Source: a virus
Lineage: Duplodnaviria > Caudoviricetes
Strand: one strand, 5' to 3'
Virus record (IMG/VR): IMGVR_UViG_3300025401_000012
DNA length: 64,000 bases
A program made the position numbers and the translations under genes. Below the pieces are notes generated by a model, which was given only the letters and a program-made list of their open reading frames with translations, was not told the origin of the DNA and ran no database searches. Shown in pieces: positions 53,750-63,993 of this stretch (position 1 is its first letter; the number at the start of each line of letters is the position of its first letter).

Positions 53750-55210
53750 TTATTGGCTAGCAATCATGCCAAACCCATACCAAACACCAGGTGTTCCGGA
53801 CACAATACAAATCCAGCCAACATAGTTGTTAGGTTGCGGATCAGTATTCCAACAGATATCACCTTTTACAAATGTGCCAATAGTTGGCATTTGTGTACTA
53901 TTAGTGAACCGTCTTCCACCTAATGCAACATCACCGTTCACACTAAATTGTAATGTTGGGTCAGGATTATTGATATTAACACTCAGAGGCCCAAATATTT
54001 TGACAGGTTTTTGTTGTTGTGTTTTATCACCTATATTAATTTGGTTTGTATCTCCATATACAATTTCAGTATTATTAACAGTGATAGATGCATTACTTGT
54101 AGTATCAATGCCATTGCCTGTATAACGATAAGTTCCGATTGCAACATCTATGTTAACAGCAATACTAGAATTAAACAGTGCAGAACCTTGCACTACTAGT
54201 GTTTCAAGTTCTCCAACAGTGGTAAGATTACTATGTGTAATACCACTACCTAAACTAGTTTCTGCTATTACAGGTTTTCCATTTATACAATATTGTTTGT
54301 CGGAATTAATATCAATATTTTCACTAGACCATAGTCTAGTCGGACCGCTCATCATAACAAGTTGACTTGTAGTATTAGTATCAGTCCACACTAGCCCTAA
54401 ACCAAAAATGCTAGTATCTTTAGTTGCACTAAATTGTAGCGGATGTGTACGATCAATTCTATTATCAGTTACGATACTTCCTGCGCTTATAACTCCTGCG
54501 ACATTTAAATTACCGGCAATATTCACTTCGCCTGTATTCTTAATAGTAATACGTGGTAAATTATCTGTAGTAATTGCAAGATCGTGGCTACTAATAGTCC
54601 CAATAGTGGCTAAATTAATTTCAGGACTTCCAATTCCAATTTCAACATTATTATCGAGAATAGTCAAACTTGCACTAGGATCTTCTGTACCTATGCCGAT
54701 TCTGTTTAATCCGCTATTAATAAAGAAAAATTCTCCCAAGTTGGCATCGCCAGCCACACTTAGATTTGTCAATGTGCCTACACTTGTTAAACTACTAGAT
54801 TTAATACTTCCGCCTAACATTCCCGCCGATAGTACAGGAATATCGTCAATAGAATAAGACGACCCATTTGCCAAATCTAAATTAGCATTAGTCCAAAGAC
54901 GATTACCAAGACGATATATTAGTTGAGTTTGTCCAAGACCATATGTCCAATTAAATCCTTTACCGTTTAATTCTGCTTCGGTATTGTAAACCCATTGTCC
55001 TACACTAGCTAGTCCACCATTGTCTGTGACTAGATTTTTAACATTAAATGTATTAGCTGTTAGTGTACCGTTTACTGACAGGTTATAGCTTACATCGAGG
55101 TTGCCGATGATATTTGTATTACCGCTATGCTGTACATCACCGCGAGTATTAACTAATGTTAAATCTGTAATGGAAACGGTAGATTCTTGTATATCAAATA
55201 ATTTGGACAT
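53750..55210 (-). CDS. Fibre-like structural protein
   Basis: Repeated S(S/N)LT(S/T)VG(T/E)L motifs, NRIGIGTEDP, C-terminal GDICWN.DP...YVGWIC. Confidence 0.65.
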   Translation of the reverse strand: MSKLFDIQESTVSITDLTLVNTRGDVQHSGNTNIIGNLDVSYNLSVNGTLTANTFNVKNLVTDNGGLASVGQWVYNTEAELNGKGFNWTYGLGQTQLIYRLGNRLWTNANLDLANGSSYSIDDIPVLSAGMLGGSIKSSSLTSVGTLTNLSVAGDANLGEFFFINSGLNRIGIGTEDPSASLTILDNNVEIGIGSPEINLATIGTISSHDLAITTDNLPRITIKNTGEVNIAGNLNVAGVISAGSIVTDNRIDRTHPLQFSATKDTSIFGLGLVWTDTNTTSQLVMMSGPTRLWSSENIDINSDKQYCINGKPVIAETSLGSGITHSNLTTVGELETLVVQGSALFNSSIAVNIDVAIGTYRYTGNGIDTTSNASITVNNTEIVYGDTNQINIGDKTQQQKPVKIFGPLSVNINNPDPTLQFSVNGDVALGGRRFTNSTQMPTIGTFVKGDICWNTDPQPNNYVGWICIVSGTPGVWYGFGMIASQ

Positions 55211-55245
55211 GGATAAAATACTCTCTTATGGAGTATTTATCCATG
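55208..55245 (-). promoter_or_regulatory. Hairpin sequestering RBS and AUG, with a late-like ATAAATA promoter in its 5' arm
   Basis: CATGGATAAATACTC-cataaga-GAGTATTTTATCCATG; 15-bp stem with one bulged base; the final ATG is the start codon at 55210. Confidence 0.7.
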
Positions 55246-55257
55246 ATTTGATAACTG

Positions 55258-56427
55258 TTATTGTACTTTTAACAGTACAATTTCCTCATTAATACGTCCG
55301 TTCATTCGAGTATCTGTAGCATTGATGGTATCTAAGAACTTGCGTAGTTGTACTTTACCAGCTGCTTTGAATTCTTTAAGTTTTTCATCTGGTTTGCGCA
55401 GAGTCTTACAAATACTGAGATTCTCGCTAAAACCGGTAATTGTAGTACCTTTGATACTTAAATCTTTGTATTCTTCTGCAACATATCGACCCAATTTACG
55501 GGTCTTAGTATTGTAAACCCAAAGTTCCTTGCTACCAATAATATCAGTAGGATTGATACTAACCAATTTCAAAGGCTCGTTACTCTTCATATATTTCAAT
55601 TTGGCAACAATCTTATCTTTTGGCACAGACTTAGTCTTACGGGGTTTGCGATTAACTTTAGCTTCTTGTGCCAACATATCACACGCACTCATAATCTCTT
55701 GATAAAATGCAATCAAATTACGAATTTGTTTCTTTGTACGATGGCTGTAGCCCTCTTTAAGCTGTTCATCTGCATTACCGCTAGCTAACTCTAGTAGTTC
55801 GTCTAAATCCCTTGTATAGAGGGTTTTAATGACTCTAGCATGGGCGGCTTTGACCTCTTTTCCTTTGAGCAAGTTAAGCATTTTAAATGCTTTTGGATCA
55901 AAGTTTTCTGGATCTTCTTGGAAACCTTCTATAGCATCTTCGATTTCTTCAGTCATTCGAAAAGCTGTTTCACGCAACCGATCTTGGATGCTAGGTTGAG
56001 CTACTACAGGTTTAGCCAATTCAGCTATTTTATTAGCTTCTTCGTCGATGTCGTTTTTACCTGCTTCGATTACTTGCACAATTTCGTTACGCAACCACGC
56101 AGATGCATCGCGGCCTTTATTAAAATCTGCACGAACAGCCGGCATACCGCGAAGTAAGCAACTGGCAATAGCACCCATTGTAACATTACAACGACCATCT
56201 TTGGTTTTCTTAAAAGCTGTAATATCTTCTTTAGTACACCCAACCGACTGCATCCATTTGAGCACAGCTGGTTTCAAATCTTTGCCCGAAAACTCCAAAC
56301 GATAGTAAGCAGTTGCAGAATGAAATTTTTGTAGAAATTCTGCTTCTGTCCAAGTTTCATGTCCTTCCCAAACTGGACTATGATCTTTTGGTACCCGTGA
56401 ACGAGTTGCTGTAGCTGTTTTAGCCAA
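55258..56427 (-). CDS. Hypothetical phage protein (probably early)
   Basis: 389 aa, TTG start behind AGGAG, preceded by a consensus sigma70 promoter. Confidence 0.75.
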   Translation of the reverse strand: MAKTATATRSRVPKDHSPVWEGHETWTEAEFLQKFHSATAYYRLEFSGKDLKPAVLKWMQSVGCTKEDITAFKKTKDGRCNVTMGAIASCLLRGMPAVRADFNKGRDASAWLRNEIVQVIEAGKNDIDEEANKIAELAKPVVAQPSIQDRLRETAFRMTEEIEDAIEGFQEDPENFDPKAFKMLNLLKGKEVKAAHARVIKTLYTRDLDELLELASGNADEQLKEGYSHRTKKQIRNLIAFYQEIMSACDMLAQEAKVNRKPRKTKSVPKDKIVAKLKYMKSNEPLKLVSINPTDIIGSKELWVYNTKTRKLGRYVAEEYKDLSIKGTTITGFSENLSICKTLRKPDEKLKEFKAAGKVQLRKFLDTINATDTRMNGRINEEIVLLKVQ

Positions 56428-56458
56428 TTTCTGCTCCTGTTTTATTTAACATGTATAT

Positions 56459-56487
56459 ATTATACTATCGAAGATACAAGAAGTCAA
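56459..56487 (-). promoter_or_regulatory. sigma70-type promoter TTGACT-17-TATAAT
   Basis: -35 at 56487-56482, -10 at 56464-56459; a TAAATA is also present at 56448-56443. Confidence 0.8.
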
Positions 56488-56522
56488 CTGTTCATTGTGT
56501 TGTGTTTTTGCAACACAATAAC

Positions 56523-57650
56523 TTAATTTTGATCAAAATATTTAGGGTCTAGATCGTATAGTCTACTTAAACTTTTACGCCAATTATTGCCTCTTATAGC
56601 ATCTAATTTATTTAATCTGTCAATCCACGATAACGATGTCTCGTTGTTTTCCATAATTGAATTAATTAACGTAACTATTGACCACTTAGCATCTGAATCT
56701 GGCAATGATATAATATATGAGTGTAGCATATTAAAATGTTGTTTTGGAAAATTTAAAGTCGATAGTTCTCCCCATACATTTTGATTCATGAATACTTTAT
56801 AGTTATTGTCTAAACCCCATTGAATTAAATCGCCAACATACAGAATATTATGTATGCCTATTGATGCACCTATCCTTAGAATAATATTATTTAAACCAGA
56901 ATTTTGGTAGCTTAATAAATTCTGTTCAACTTCTAACCAATTTGCTCCGTATCGTGTGTATTCAAAACATTCCCCAATAGCATCGATACTAATATTAAAT
57001 GCTACTTCGTAAAAATTTTTCCAAATATTAATCATCTCTTCGGTGAATCTAAAAGTACCATTAATTGAATATAGCACTCTTATAGTAGACGGATCTCGAT
57101 GATTTTTAAGTATATGATTAAGAACATTAATATGATCGCGAGTCATTAAAGGTTCTCCGCCATTAAAATAGATTTGTTTTACATGACTCACATCGATATT
57201 TTCAAATAATTTATTATTTTTTGTTTTTTTAATATTTGTATTTTGTACGTTTCTCCAGCCTAGTTTAAGTTCATCTTCTAACCAAGCCGAGCTATAATGA
57301 CCTCCGCACATTATACATTTTAAATTACAAATATTGTCGCAGTTATAATCTAATTTTTCTAATTGTACTTTGATTGGATATTCAGTTAATAATGGCCATC
57401 TAGAAGTTCTTTGGTTAGGAGATCCTATTTTTTCTGAATCTTTACAATACTTACATTCATTAGGTAATTCTCCGGTGTTTAAATAAAACTGTCTAGATTT
57501 TTCTAAATGTGAATGATCCATGCTAATCGTAGATAATGGTTCACTTAATTTTGCTACACAACAATGAGCAATTCTTGTAGTATTTTGATCTTCTTTTTCT
57601 AAAAAAAGTCCAGTAAAAAGATCCGGGCAATAGTTTTTATTATTTTGCAT
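56523..57650 (-). CDS. Radical SAM protein with N-terminal twitch/SPASM-like Cys cluster
   Basis: CNLKCIMC, GGEPL; N-terminal YC...HCC...ECKYC. Confidence 0.88.
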   Translation of the reverse strand: MQNNKNYCPDLFTGLFLEKEDQNTTRIAHCCVAKLSEPLSTISMDHSHLEKSRQFYLNTGELPNECKYCKDSEKIGSPNQRTSRWPLLTEYPIKVQLEKLDYNCDNICNLKCIMCGGHYSSAWLEDELKLGWRNVQNTNIKKTKNNKLFENIDVSHVKQIYFNGGEPLMTRDHINVLNHILKNHRDPSTIRVLYSINGTFRFTEEMINIWKNFYEVAFNISIDAIGECFEYTRYGANWLEVEQNLLSYQNSGLNNIILRIGASIGIHNILYVGDLIQWGLDNNYKVFMNQNVWGELSTLNFPKQHFNMLHSYIISLPDSDAKWSIVTLINSIMENNETSLSWIDRLNKLDAIRGNNWRKSLSRLYDLDPKYFDQN

Positions 57651-57658
57651 GTAAGTAA

Positions 57659-58372
57659 TTAAGATTTAATTAATTTTTTAAAGCTATTTGCTACCAATTT
57701 ATTAAAAAACAACTTAGGAGCACCATGAGAAATTATGTGAATTCTTGGAGTATTGCTATTATTCCAAACACTATGTAAATTTCCTATATCTACTAAACAC
57801 GAATTTCCTGTTTCTTCAAAAGGAACGTATCCTTTACCCTCCATATTAAAAATACATCCTTTGGGATTATTCAATGCAATATTAATAGGAGAGAGAAAAT
57901 GTTCACTTCTGTCTCGGTGTGGTAGTATGTATCCCTGTGGATCTAGCCACATAAATCTTATTCGCTGAGTTGGTGTGTGTGGGAAAAAATTTTTAAAATA
58001 TTCTGTAGTGACAGGGCATAAATCGGCTACTTTAGTCCATTTATATTCAATATCTTCCATACGTTTATTTGCATTTTCAGGGTAGGCAGTATAATAATCT
58101 GTTTTATTCCATTCTTCCCCGTAAATACAAAGGCTTTTCCAACCTAAACTATCTGGACTCCTGTGTACTATAAACATATCTTTTATAGCAAGGGCTTCTT
58201 CAAGCATTTCCTTATAAGGAACATTTGGCAAATCTAGTGGAAGATACGGCCAACCACTGTTATGAATGATCCAATGCCCTAGTTGCTCATCCTCAAAATT
58301 AGGTACTATTTGATTTTTAAAATCAAATGTCCAAGGAGCCTCTTGAAAAAAATCTACAATTTTATTATTCAT
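57659..58372 (-). CDS. 2OG-Fe(II) dioxygenase, aspartyl/asparaginyl beta-hydroxylase-like
   Basis: RIRFMWL...ILPHRD (HxD)...HSVWN...RIH; start set at MNNKI (ATGA overlap). Confidence 0.8.
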   Translation of the reverse strand: MNNKIVDFFQEAPWTFDFKNQIVPNFEDEQLGHWIIHNSGWPYLPLDLPNVPYKEMLEEALAIKDMFIVHRSPDSLGWKSLCIYGEEWNKTDYYTAYPENANKRMEDIEYKWTKVADLCPVTTEYFKNFFPHTPTQRIRFMWLDPQGYILPHRDRSEHFLSPINIALNNPKGCIFNMEGKGYVPFEETGNSCLVDIGNLHSVWNNSNTPRIHIISHGAPKLFFNKLVANSFKKLIKS

Positions 58373-59757
58373 CGAATAACACCGTAATGTGTCCAAGCAG
58401 AATTTGCCGCATTATCGCATCCGCCTAGATGTATACTTTGATTGTTTTCTATTAGATCTTTTAAAAAGTTTTTATATAAAGATTTTAATGCTGAAGGGGA
58501 AAAATTTCTAATACTTGCTGGAGTATAAAAACTATTGCTAAACCATATAAAATTATTACCAGAGTGGGATTGCATATCTGTTATCATTTCGCGATAATTT
58601 CCAAATAAATCAATATGCATATACTTGTGCGGCAATTTTTTATATTGATTCCATGTATCTAACCACAACGTTTGCCCACCAAACATATCAATAGTTTTAT
58701 CCCATTCCGGTGTAAAATCTCTGTTTGGCAACCAGTTAGGTCTGAATGTAGAATCGATTTGTTTGTACTCGTTAATTTTTTCTAAGTAATTTGTACCGTC
58801 CCATGTTTCTACCAACCATTTTTTAAAATTTAACGCAGATTGCGAATAATCAATGTATACCACTCTAGCAGATTTCCAGTCGGTTTTAGTTAATATTTGT
58901 ATAGGTTTAAATCCGGCGGCAACGGCATATAATGTATCTAGTTTTGTATCTTGATTATATGCAAGATTTGGTAAGTTAACTGGATCATTATTGAATACAA
59001 AAACAAGTGTGGTTACATTTTTATCAAAATTAGTCTCTTCTAGATATCGATATTGTCCGCCAGTAGGGCCAACTGGTTCAACAGTTATATTTTTTTCACC
59101 ATTTAATATTCTTTCAAATCGAGTATCTTCTATATCTGGATATAAATGATATTTTTGATCTCGTACTTGCCTACTAAAATTACCTACAGCATGCCCTGAG
59201 GACAAAATAGAAGAAATAAAATCTGCTCCAGGACGTAATGAACCGTTATAAACTTGACTTGTATTTGTTGGTTTTAAATATGTTGGGGTATAATCGTCGT
59301 GAATATCTTCATTACTACGATCAGGTAATGCTAACATTTCTGAATTTGCTGTTCTGTAATTTCCAAATACAGGACATCCTATTTCCTGCCATGTTTTAAT
59401 ATTAACATACAGTGCTTGATCGTGCAAATAAAAATATCCAGAAGGTTTATCTTCTAAAATATGTCCCACAAATGCATAGTTATTTTCCTGTGCTTCTTTT
59501 ATTATTTGATGAACAAGCATGGGAGAATGTGACTGATATCCTAACGCAACTAAAAATAAATGATCGGTATTCTGTGTCAATGCATCTGTCATTATCTTAG
59601 TAATATCATCCCCTTCTATTAAAATAGTTTCAGTGAAATTATTTCTACTATTGTTTAACGATATATTAATACTGAATAAAGTTATATCTTTAACATGTTC
59701 TCGATAAGAAGATGATTTATGATTTAGCTGATTATATAATCCAAATGCTATTTTCAT
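58369..59757 (-). CDS. Hypothetical protein, possibly a two-domain transferase
   Basis: ~462 aa; second half has a Rossmann-like LYAVAAGFKP...VVYIDYS; ATGA-coupled. Confidence 0.6.
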   Translation of the reverse strand: MKIAFGLYNQLNHKSSSYREHVKDITLFSINISLNNSRNNFTETILIEGDDITKIMTDALTQNTDHLFLVALGYQSHSPMLVHQIIKEAQENNYAFVGHILEDKPSGYFYLHDQALYVNIKTWQEIGCPVFGNYRTANSEMLALPDRSNEDIHDDYTPTYLKPTNTSQVYNGSLRPGADFISSILSSGHAVGNFSRQVRDQKYHLYPDIEDTRFERILNGEKNITVEPVGPTGGQYRYLEETNFDKNVTTLVFVFNNDPVNLPNLAYNQDTKLDTLYAVAAGFKPIQILTKTDWKSARVVYIDYSQSALNFKKWLVETWDGTNYLEKINEYKQIDSTFRPNWLPNRDFTPEWDKTIDMFGGQTLWLDTWNQYKKLPHKYMHIDLFGNYREMITDMQSHSGNNFIWFSNSFYTPASIRNFSPSALKSLYKNFLKDLIENNQSIHLGGCDNAANSAWTHYGVIR

Positions 59758-60692
59758 CGATTTTTCCAAATTACAATACTATCTAGTTCAACTGAATCTA
59801 CAGTAGCATCAATTAATGATAACCAATCTATCAATTCTAAATCTAAAATATCCCCGATCGGGAATCGATTTACTGGTTTTCCGGATTCTAAATGTTGTTG
59901 GGTCCAGCTTGGATTTTCCATTACAGTTGCAAATATCATATGGGGATCTAACATAATATTAGGAGTCATGAATAAATTGCCAGTACAATCATTTGCAGAT
60001 AGGTCGTCGTGTTCTAACCATGATTTAATTTGATCTTTGCCCTGTATATCCTCAGATAACCATACGGTATGATGGAACCCATTTGTTTCAGGATTAAATA
60101 TTCTATCAGTCAATCTAAGTTCGGCCCCATTACCAAATAGTGCATCTTTATTTTTAAATTCTTTACTGTCAGTGCATGCAATAAAATGAAACCATTTTCC
60201 TTTTATTAAATTAACGTTTTCAAGATAGCAATATGTAGATCTTTCTAGATCGTGTGTATTTTGATTTAATATGTTTACAGCTTTAAATGTATCTTCGCTA
60301 GTAAAACCTGTCGGCACAGGCATTCTACCAGAGTACCACTCTGTCGATTGGGTAGTAAAATGTCGATGCCATGTATTTAAATGGGATTGTCTTAATTCAG
60401 TTGGATTTTTAATTAAATATTTCAGATCCGATAATTCTGTTGTATAATCTAATCCTAGATTATTATGTAAAAAATTAAATCCATCATACAACCCTTGCAA
60501 TAGTTCAACTGGAGCATCCATGTAATGTACTGCTTTGCACCCACCGATTCTTAAATTCCAACCAATATCAGGCAATCTTTTAGATAATGCCAGCATATAA
60601 TTTTTCCATTCTAATGCAAAATCTGTATCTAATAACTGCACATTAATTTTAGTTGTGCTATTATCTTTACGTGTAAGATTATACGTTAACAT
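59754..60692 (-). CDS. Hypothetical protein
   Basis: 312-aa ORF coupled within the radical SAM operon; His-rich segments (HLNTWHRHF). Confidence 0.7.
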   Translation of the reverse strand: MLTYNLTRKDNSTTKINVQLLDTDFALEWKNYMLALSKRLPDIGWNLRIGGCKAVHYMDAPVELLQGLYDGFNFLHNNLGLDYTTELSDLKYLIKNPTELRQSHLNTWHRHFTTQSTEWYSGRMPVPTGFTSEDTFKAVNILNQNTHDLERSTYCYLENVNLIKGKWFHFIACTDSKEFKNKDALFGNGAELRLTDRIFNPETNGFHHTVWLSEDIQGKDQIKSWLEHDDLSANDCTGNLFMTPNIMLDPHMIFATVMENPSWTQQHLESGKPVNRFPIGDILDLELIDWLSLIDATVDSVELDSIVIWKNR

Positions 60693-61863
60693 CTACTATT
60701 TCCTTTATTGGTATAAATTTACTTAGAATTGGGATAGATTTAAGCAAACTTTCTTTTCTATATATATCTGTATTATATAACATGTTCAAATTTTTTTTAA
60801 TTTGTTCTTTGGAACTAGACCGACTATCCATAAAATTTAAAATACCGAGCATGGTATTTTTATATTTTTCACTCCATGAGTAAGTTTTCCATCTTTCTCT
60901 TATCTCTTTTTTTAATGATGCAGGAGCAGACCATAATGCCATATGTTCTGGCGAGTGTACTATATTATTCCAGATAGAAAACTTTGGAAACTCTGTTTTA
61001 ATTAATTCATGTACTGCGGGTGCTTCTAATGCATTTAACCAACTTATAGTAAAGTTAATTTGTATATTAATGCGATCGGCATATTCATAATATTGTTTCA
61101 TATTGTGATATGTTTCTAGCCATTTTCCAGGATGTCTTAAATATTCATACGTTGCACCGATACCATCGATGCTCAGCCCTATTCCAACAGATTTAAAACT
61201 AGTAGCAATTCTCTCTAATAACTCGGGAAAAAATAATGTGCAGTTGGTAGTCAGTGTTAGGTCGATATTTTTACTGTATCCCATATCGATTAATTCAGTT
61301 AATATAATATGCCATTGCTTAACATAAAATGGTTCACCACCGACTATTTCTAATCTAGTGAGTTTCCTGTACCAGTTATGTCTTTCGGTCCAAAGTTTTC
61401 CCATTTCATCCCCGCTTTGCCCTAATGGCATAGGATAACCATTGTTACCGGTTAAAATTTTAATTTCGTGTTGCCATTGGGTGCTATGACTTGGTGTACA
61501 ACTACGGCATTTTAAATTGCAACTATTGTTAATAATTAACTGTAGTTCAGAAACACCCGAAGGCTCCTCCTCCCAATTTATAAGATCTTTTCGAATATTA
61601 GTATTATAAATTAATCTTTTACTTTGATACCCGTTATCCTCATCGGCCCAACACGTACTACATTCTTCCGGGCGTTCATTACGTCTAAAACGATTACGCA
61701 AGTCCTTCATAAAACTACTATGCAATATTTCATCGGGAGTGCTAGTCTGCACATACATATTATCTATGTAGCCTTTATATAAGCAACACGGTTGTGCTCT
61801 GCCATCTGGTTCATTACTAAACCCAGTCCACGGTATACTACATAGATTGCTAGGACAAGTCAT
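60679..61863 (-). CDS. Radical SAM protein with N-terminal twitch/SPASM-like Cys cluster
   Basis: CNLKCRSC, GGEPF, SIDG; N-terminal LC...PCC...ECSTCW. Confidence 0.9.
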   Translation of the reverse strand: MTCPSNLCSIPWTGFSNEPDGRAQPCCLYKGYIDNMYVQTSTPDEILHSSFMKDLRNRFRRNERPEECSTCWADEDNGYQSKRLIYNTNIRKDLINWEEEPSGVSELQLIINNSCNLKCRSCTPSHSTQWQHEIKILTGNNGYPMPLGQSGDEMGKLWTERHNWYRKLTRLEIVGGEPFYVKQWHIILTELIDMGYSKNIDLTLTTNCTLFFPELLERIATSFKSVGIGLSIDGIGATYEYLRHPGKWLETYHNMKQYYEYADRINIQINFTISWLNALEAPAVHELIKTEFPKFSIWNNIVHSPEHMALWSAPASLKKEIRERWKTYSWSEKYKNTMLGILNFMDSRSSSKEQIKKNLNMLYNTDIYRKESLLKSIPILSKFIPIKEIVDVNV

Positions 61864-63089
61864 CTTTTACCTATTTCCATTGCTAAGTTAACTGATTTGT
61901 GTCTACGCTTACAGTATTGATCAAAAAATATATCTGAATCTTTTCTATATTCGGCATGTTTATTGTTTGTTAGTTTTGGATCTAACATATTTAAAATTCT
62001 AGGTATAACTTTCAATTCGGAGTCTGTTAGTTTATGTTCAATTGACGAAAAGAAATTAATATATTTTTTTTGATAAAATGTACGTTCGACATAGGATAAA
62101 CATGCAAGACTTTGAAATTCTGGATATGTGGCAAAATTTATCGATATATATGGACGTTTAGTAATATTAAGAATATCTATATATAATTGATCTAATCCTA
62201 TCAATGCTAATGCAGTTATAGTTGTACTAATACTAATATTAGCAGTTGTTTCGGCACAGACACGTGATACATTGTCGAGCCACTGATTATATATCATGCC
62301 ATCTCGGATGAATTCGGCAACGTCTCCTGCTGTTTCGTTACTTATGTTTATACGTACATTTGATAATTTATTAACACTATTAATGAACCTATCTATTATT
62401 GTCGGTTTTTGACATAAATTTGTGTGTATAACACATTCTATATTGGGATTGATTTGTCTTATTTTTTCAAATGTTTTAAATGTATCTTCGTGCAATAACG
62501 GCTCGCCACCAGTTATCCGTATACTTTCTAACTCATCAGCTGATTCGTCAAACCAATTCCAAAACAAATCCATATCAACTGGAATATTATTATCTATTCC
62601 TCGTTGATAATGTAATTTTTTATCTGTTGTTAAACCGTTATAATTCCCATAACGATTGATATCGTTTTTCCATTCAGTACTAAAACTAGGACTACAATAA
62701 CTACATGCTAAATTACATGTATTTTGAAATGCAAGTTCTAATGCTTTAGGTTTAAAAATAAAACTACGATTTAGGTAATCCTTAGCTTCGAGTGAATTTT
62801 TAAATGATAATGATTTTAATTCTCTGTCACTTGTTATTCCTTGATCTTCTAAATTCCAACAGTAGTTACATTCGCTAGGCTTTTCACCCGATAACATTCT
62901 GTTTTGTTGATCTCGTTTGTCAGTCGGATTAAAAAATGTTACTAAACTTTCGCCAGGAGTGACCATAGGCGTATGATGGCATCCTGCCAACTTACTAGCA
63001 TATAGCCAAATAGTAGCCTCGTGAAATTTAGCCAAGCATATTGTATTGCTAGTATTTTTTTTAATATTATTTAAAATTTCTTTATTCAT
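61860..63089 (-). CDS. Radical SAM protein with N-terminal twitch/SPASM-like Cys/His cluster
   Basis: CNLACSYC, GGEPL; N-terminal CLAKF...GCHH...ECNYCW. Confidence 0.9.
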   Translation of the reverse strand: MNKEILNNIKKNTSNTICLAKFHEATIWLYASKLAGCHHTPMVTPGESLVTFFNPTDKRDQQNRMLSGEKPSECNYCWNLEDQGITSDRELKSLSFKNSLEAKDYLNRSFIFKPKALELAFQNTCNLACSYCSPSFSTEWKNDINRYGNYNGLTTDKKLHYQRGIDNNIPVDMDLFWNWFDESADELESIRITGGEPLLHEDTFKTFEKIRQINPNIECVIHTNLCQKPTIIDRFINSVNKLSNVRINISNETAGDVAEFIRDGMIYNQWLDNVSRVCAETTANISISTTITALALIGLDQLYIDILNITKRPYISINFATYPEFQSLACLSYVERTFYQKKYINFFSSIEHKLTDSELKVIPRILNMLDPKLTNNKHAEYRKDSDIFFDQYCKRRHKSVNLAMEIGKR

Positions 63090-63993
63090 TTGAATTTAAA
63101 ATTTGAAATATTTCAGGAAATGTTTTTTCAAAATTTGTATTTCGAATATTATCTAAACTTTTTAACATTGTTAATGTTTTTTTAGAAGTTAAGTTAGGTT
63201 CTAAATAACTTTCTACAGAAGATTTATACTCATTTTTGATTGTATTCAAATTAACAACACCTAACGGCACTAGTTGATCTATTAAATTAATGTTTCGCAA
63301 CAATATTTTTAATTTTTGATTAGTATTCAGAACATCCACAGAGTAGTATGAAGGGCCAATCAGCTTAGTCATAGCTAGTGTACAATTATTTAAATTATTA
63401 TTACACCAATTACAAAATTCATAAAAATAATATACATTCATTACTGATAGTGTATAGTGAATATAAAAATAAAAATTATTATTTTCTGGTTTTAAATTAC
63501 TATATTTTATTAAATTATTTTTTAATTCACTCCAATCGCTACCATAACGTAAGTAATCATTTTTTTCTTCAATGCTATCGATACTTACTCCTATAGTAAT
63601 ACGTTTAAATTTTGTAAAATAATAATTTATATTTTTCAATACAGTTGTACCATTTGTTATAAAGGACAAAGAAATATTATCTACATTTGTTAATGTGGTC
63701 AGCCAATCAACAAAATCTATAACAGCTGGGTTAATAGTAGGTTCGCCTCCGTAAAAGGTTATAAGAACAGGGTTGTTAGCTGTTTTTATTATATTTTTAC
63801 AGATTTCTAATTTGATAGGACCCTGTTCAGTCAATTTGTTATAAACTTTTCTCTCGTCTGGATTTATAAAATTTAATTTTACAGCATCGCCTATCCACTG
63901 AGAGCTTGCTTCGACATTACAAGTTGTGCATTTTAAATTACATAAATTATCAACACATAATGATATATCAATTACATTTTCAACAAAATTCAT
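63082..63993 (-). CDS. Radical SAM protein, probably 5'-truncated by the window edge
   Basis: CNLKCTTC, GGEPT, SIDS; the frame stays open from 63993 to the window end, so the N-terminal Cys domain seen in its paralogues may lie outside. Confidence 0.85.
   Translation of the reverse strand: MNFVENVIDISLCVDNLCNLKCTTCNVEASSQWIGDAVKLNFINPDERKVYNKLTEQGPIKLEICKNIIKTANNPVLITFYGGEPTINPAVIDFVDWLTTLTNVDNISLSFITNGTTVLKNINYYFTKFKRITIGVSIDSIEEKNDYLRYGSDWSELKNNLIKYSNLKPENNNFYFYIHYTLSVMNVYYFYEFCNWCNNNLNNCTLAMTKLIGPSYYSVDVLNTNQKLKILLRNINLIDQLVPLGVVNLNTIKNEYKSSVESYLEPNLTSKKTLTMLKSLDNIRNTNFEKTFPEIFQILNSNE

Noticed and set aside
1212-63596. Numerous short plus-strand and alternative-frame ORFs in the track (e.g. 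2915..3235, 10655..11155, 11678..12169, 21060..22832, 52966..53214)
   Set aside because: They lie antisense to or out of frame within well-supported genes, and have no RBS or motif; they are shadows of low-complexity or Ala/Gly-rich coding sequence
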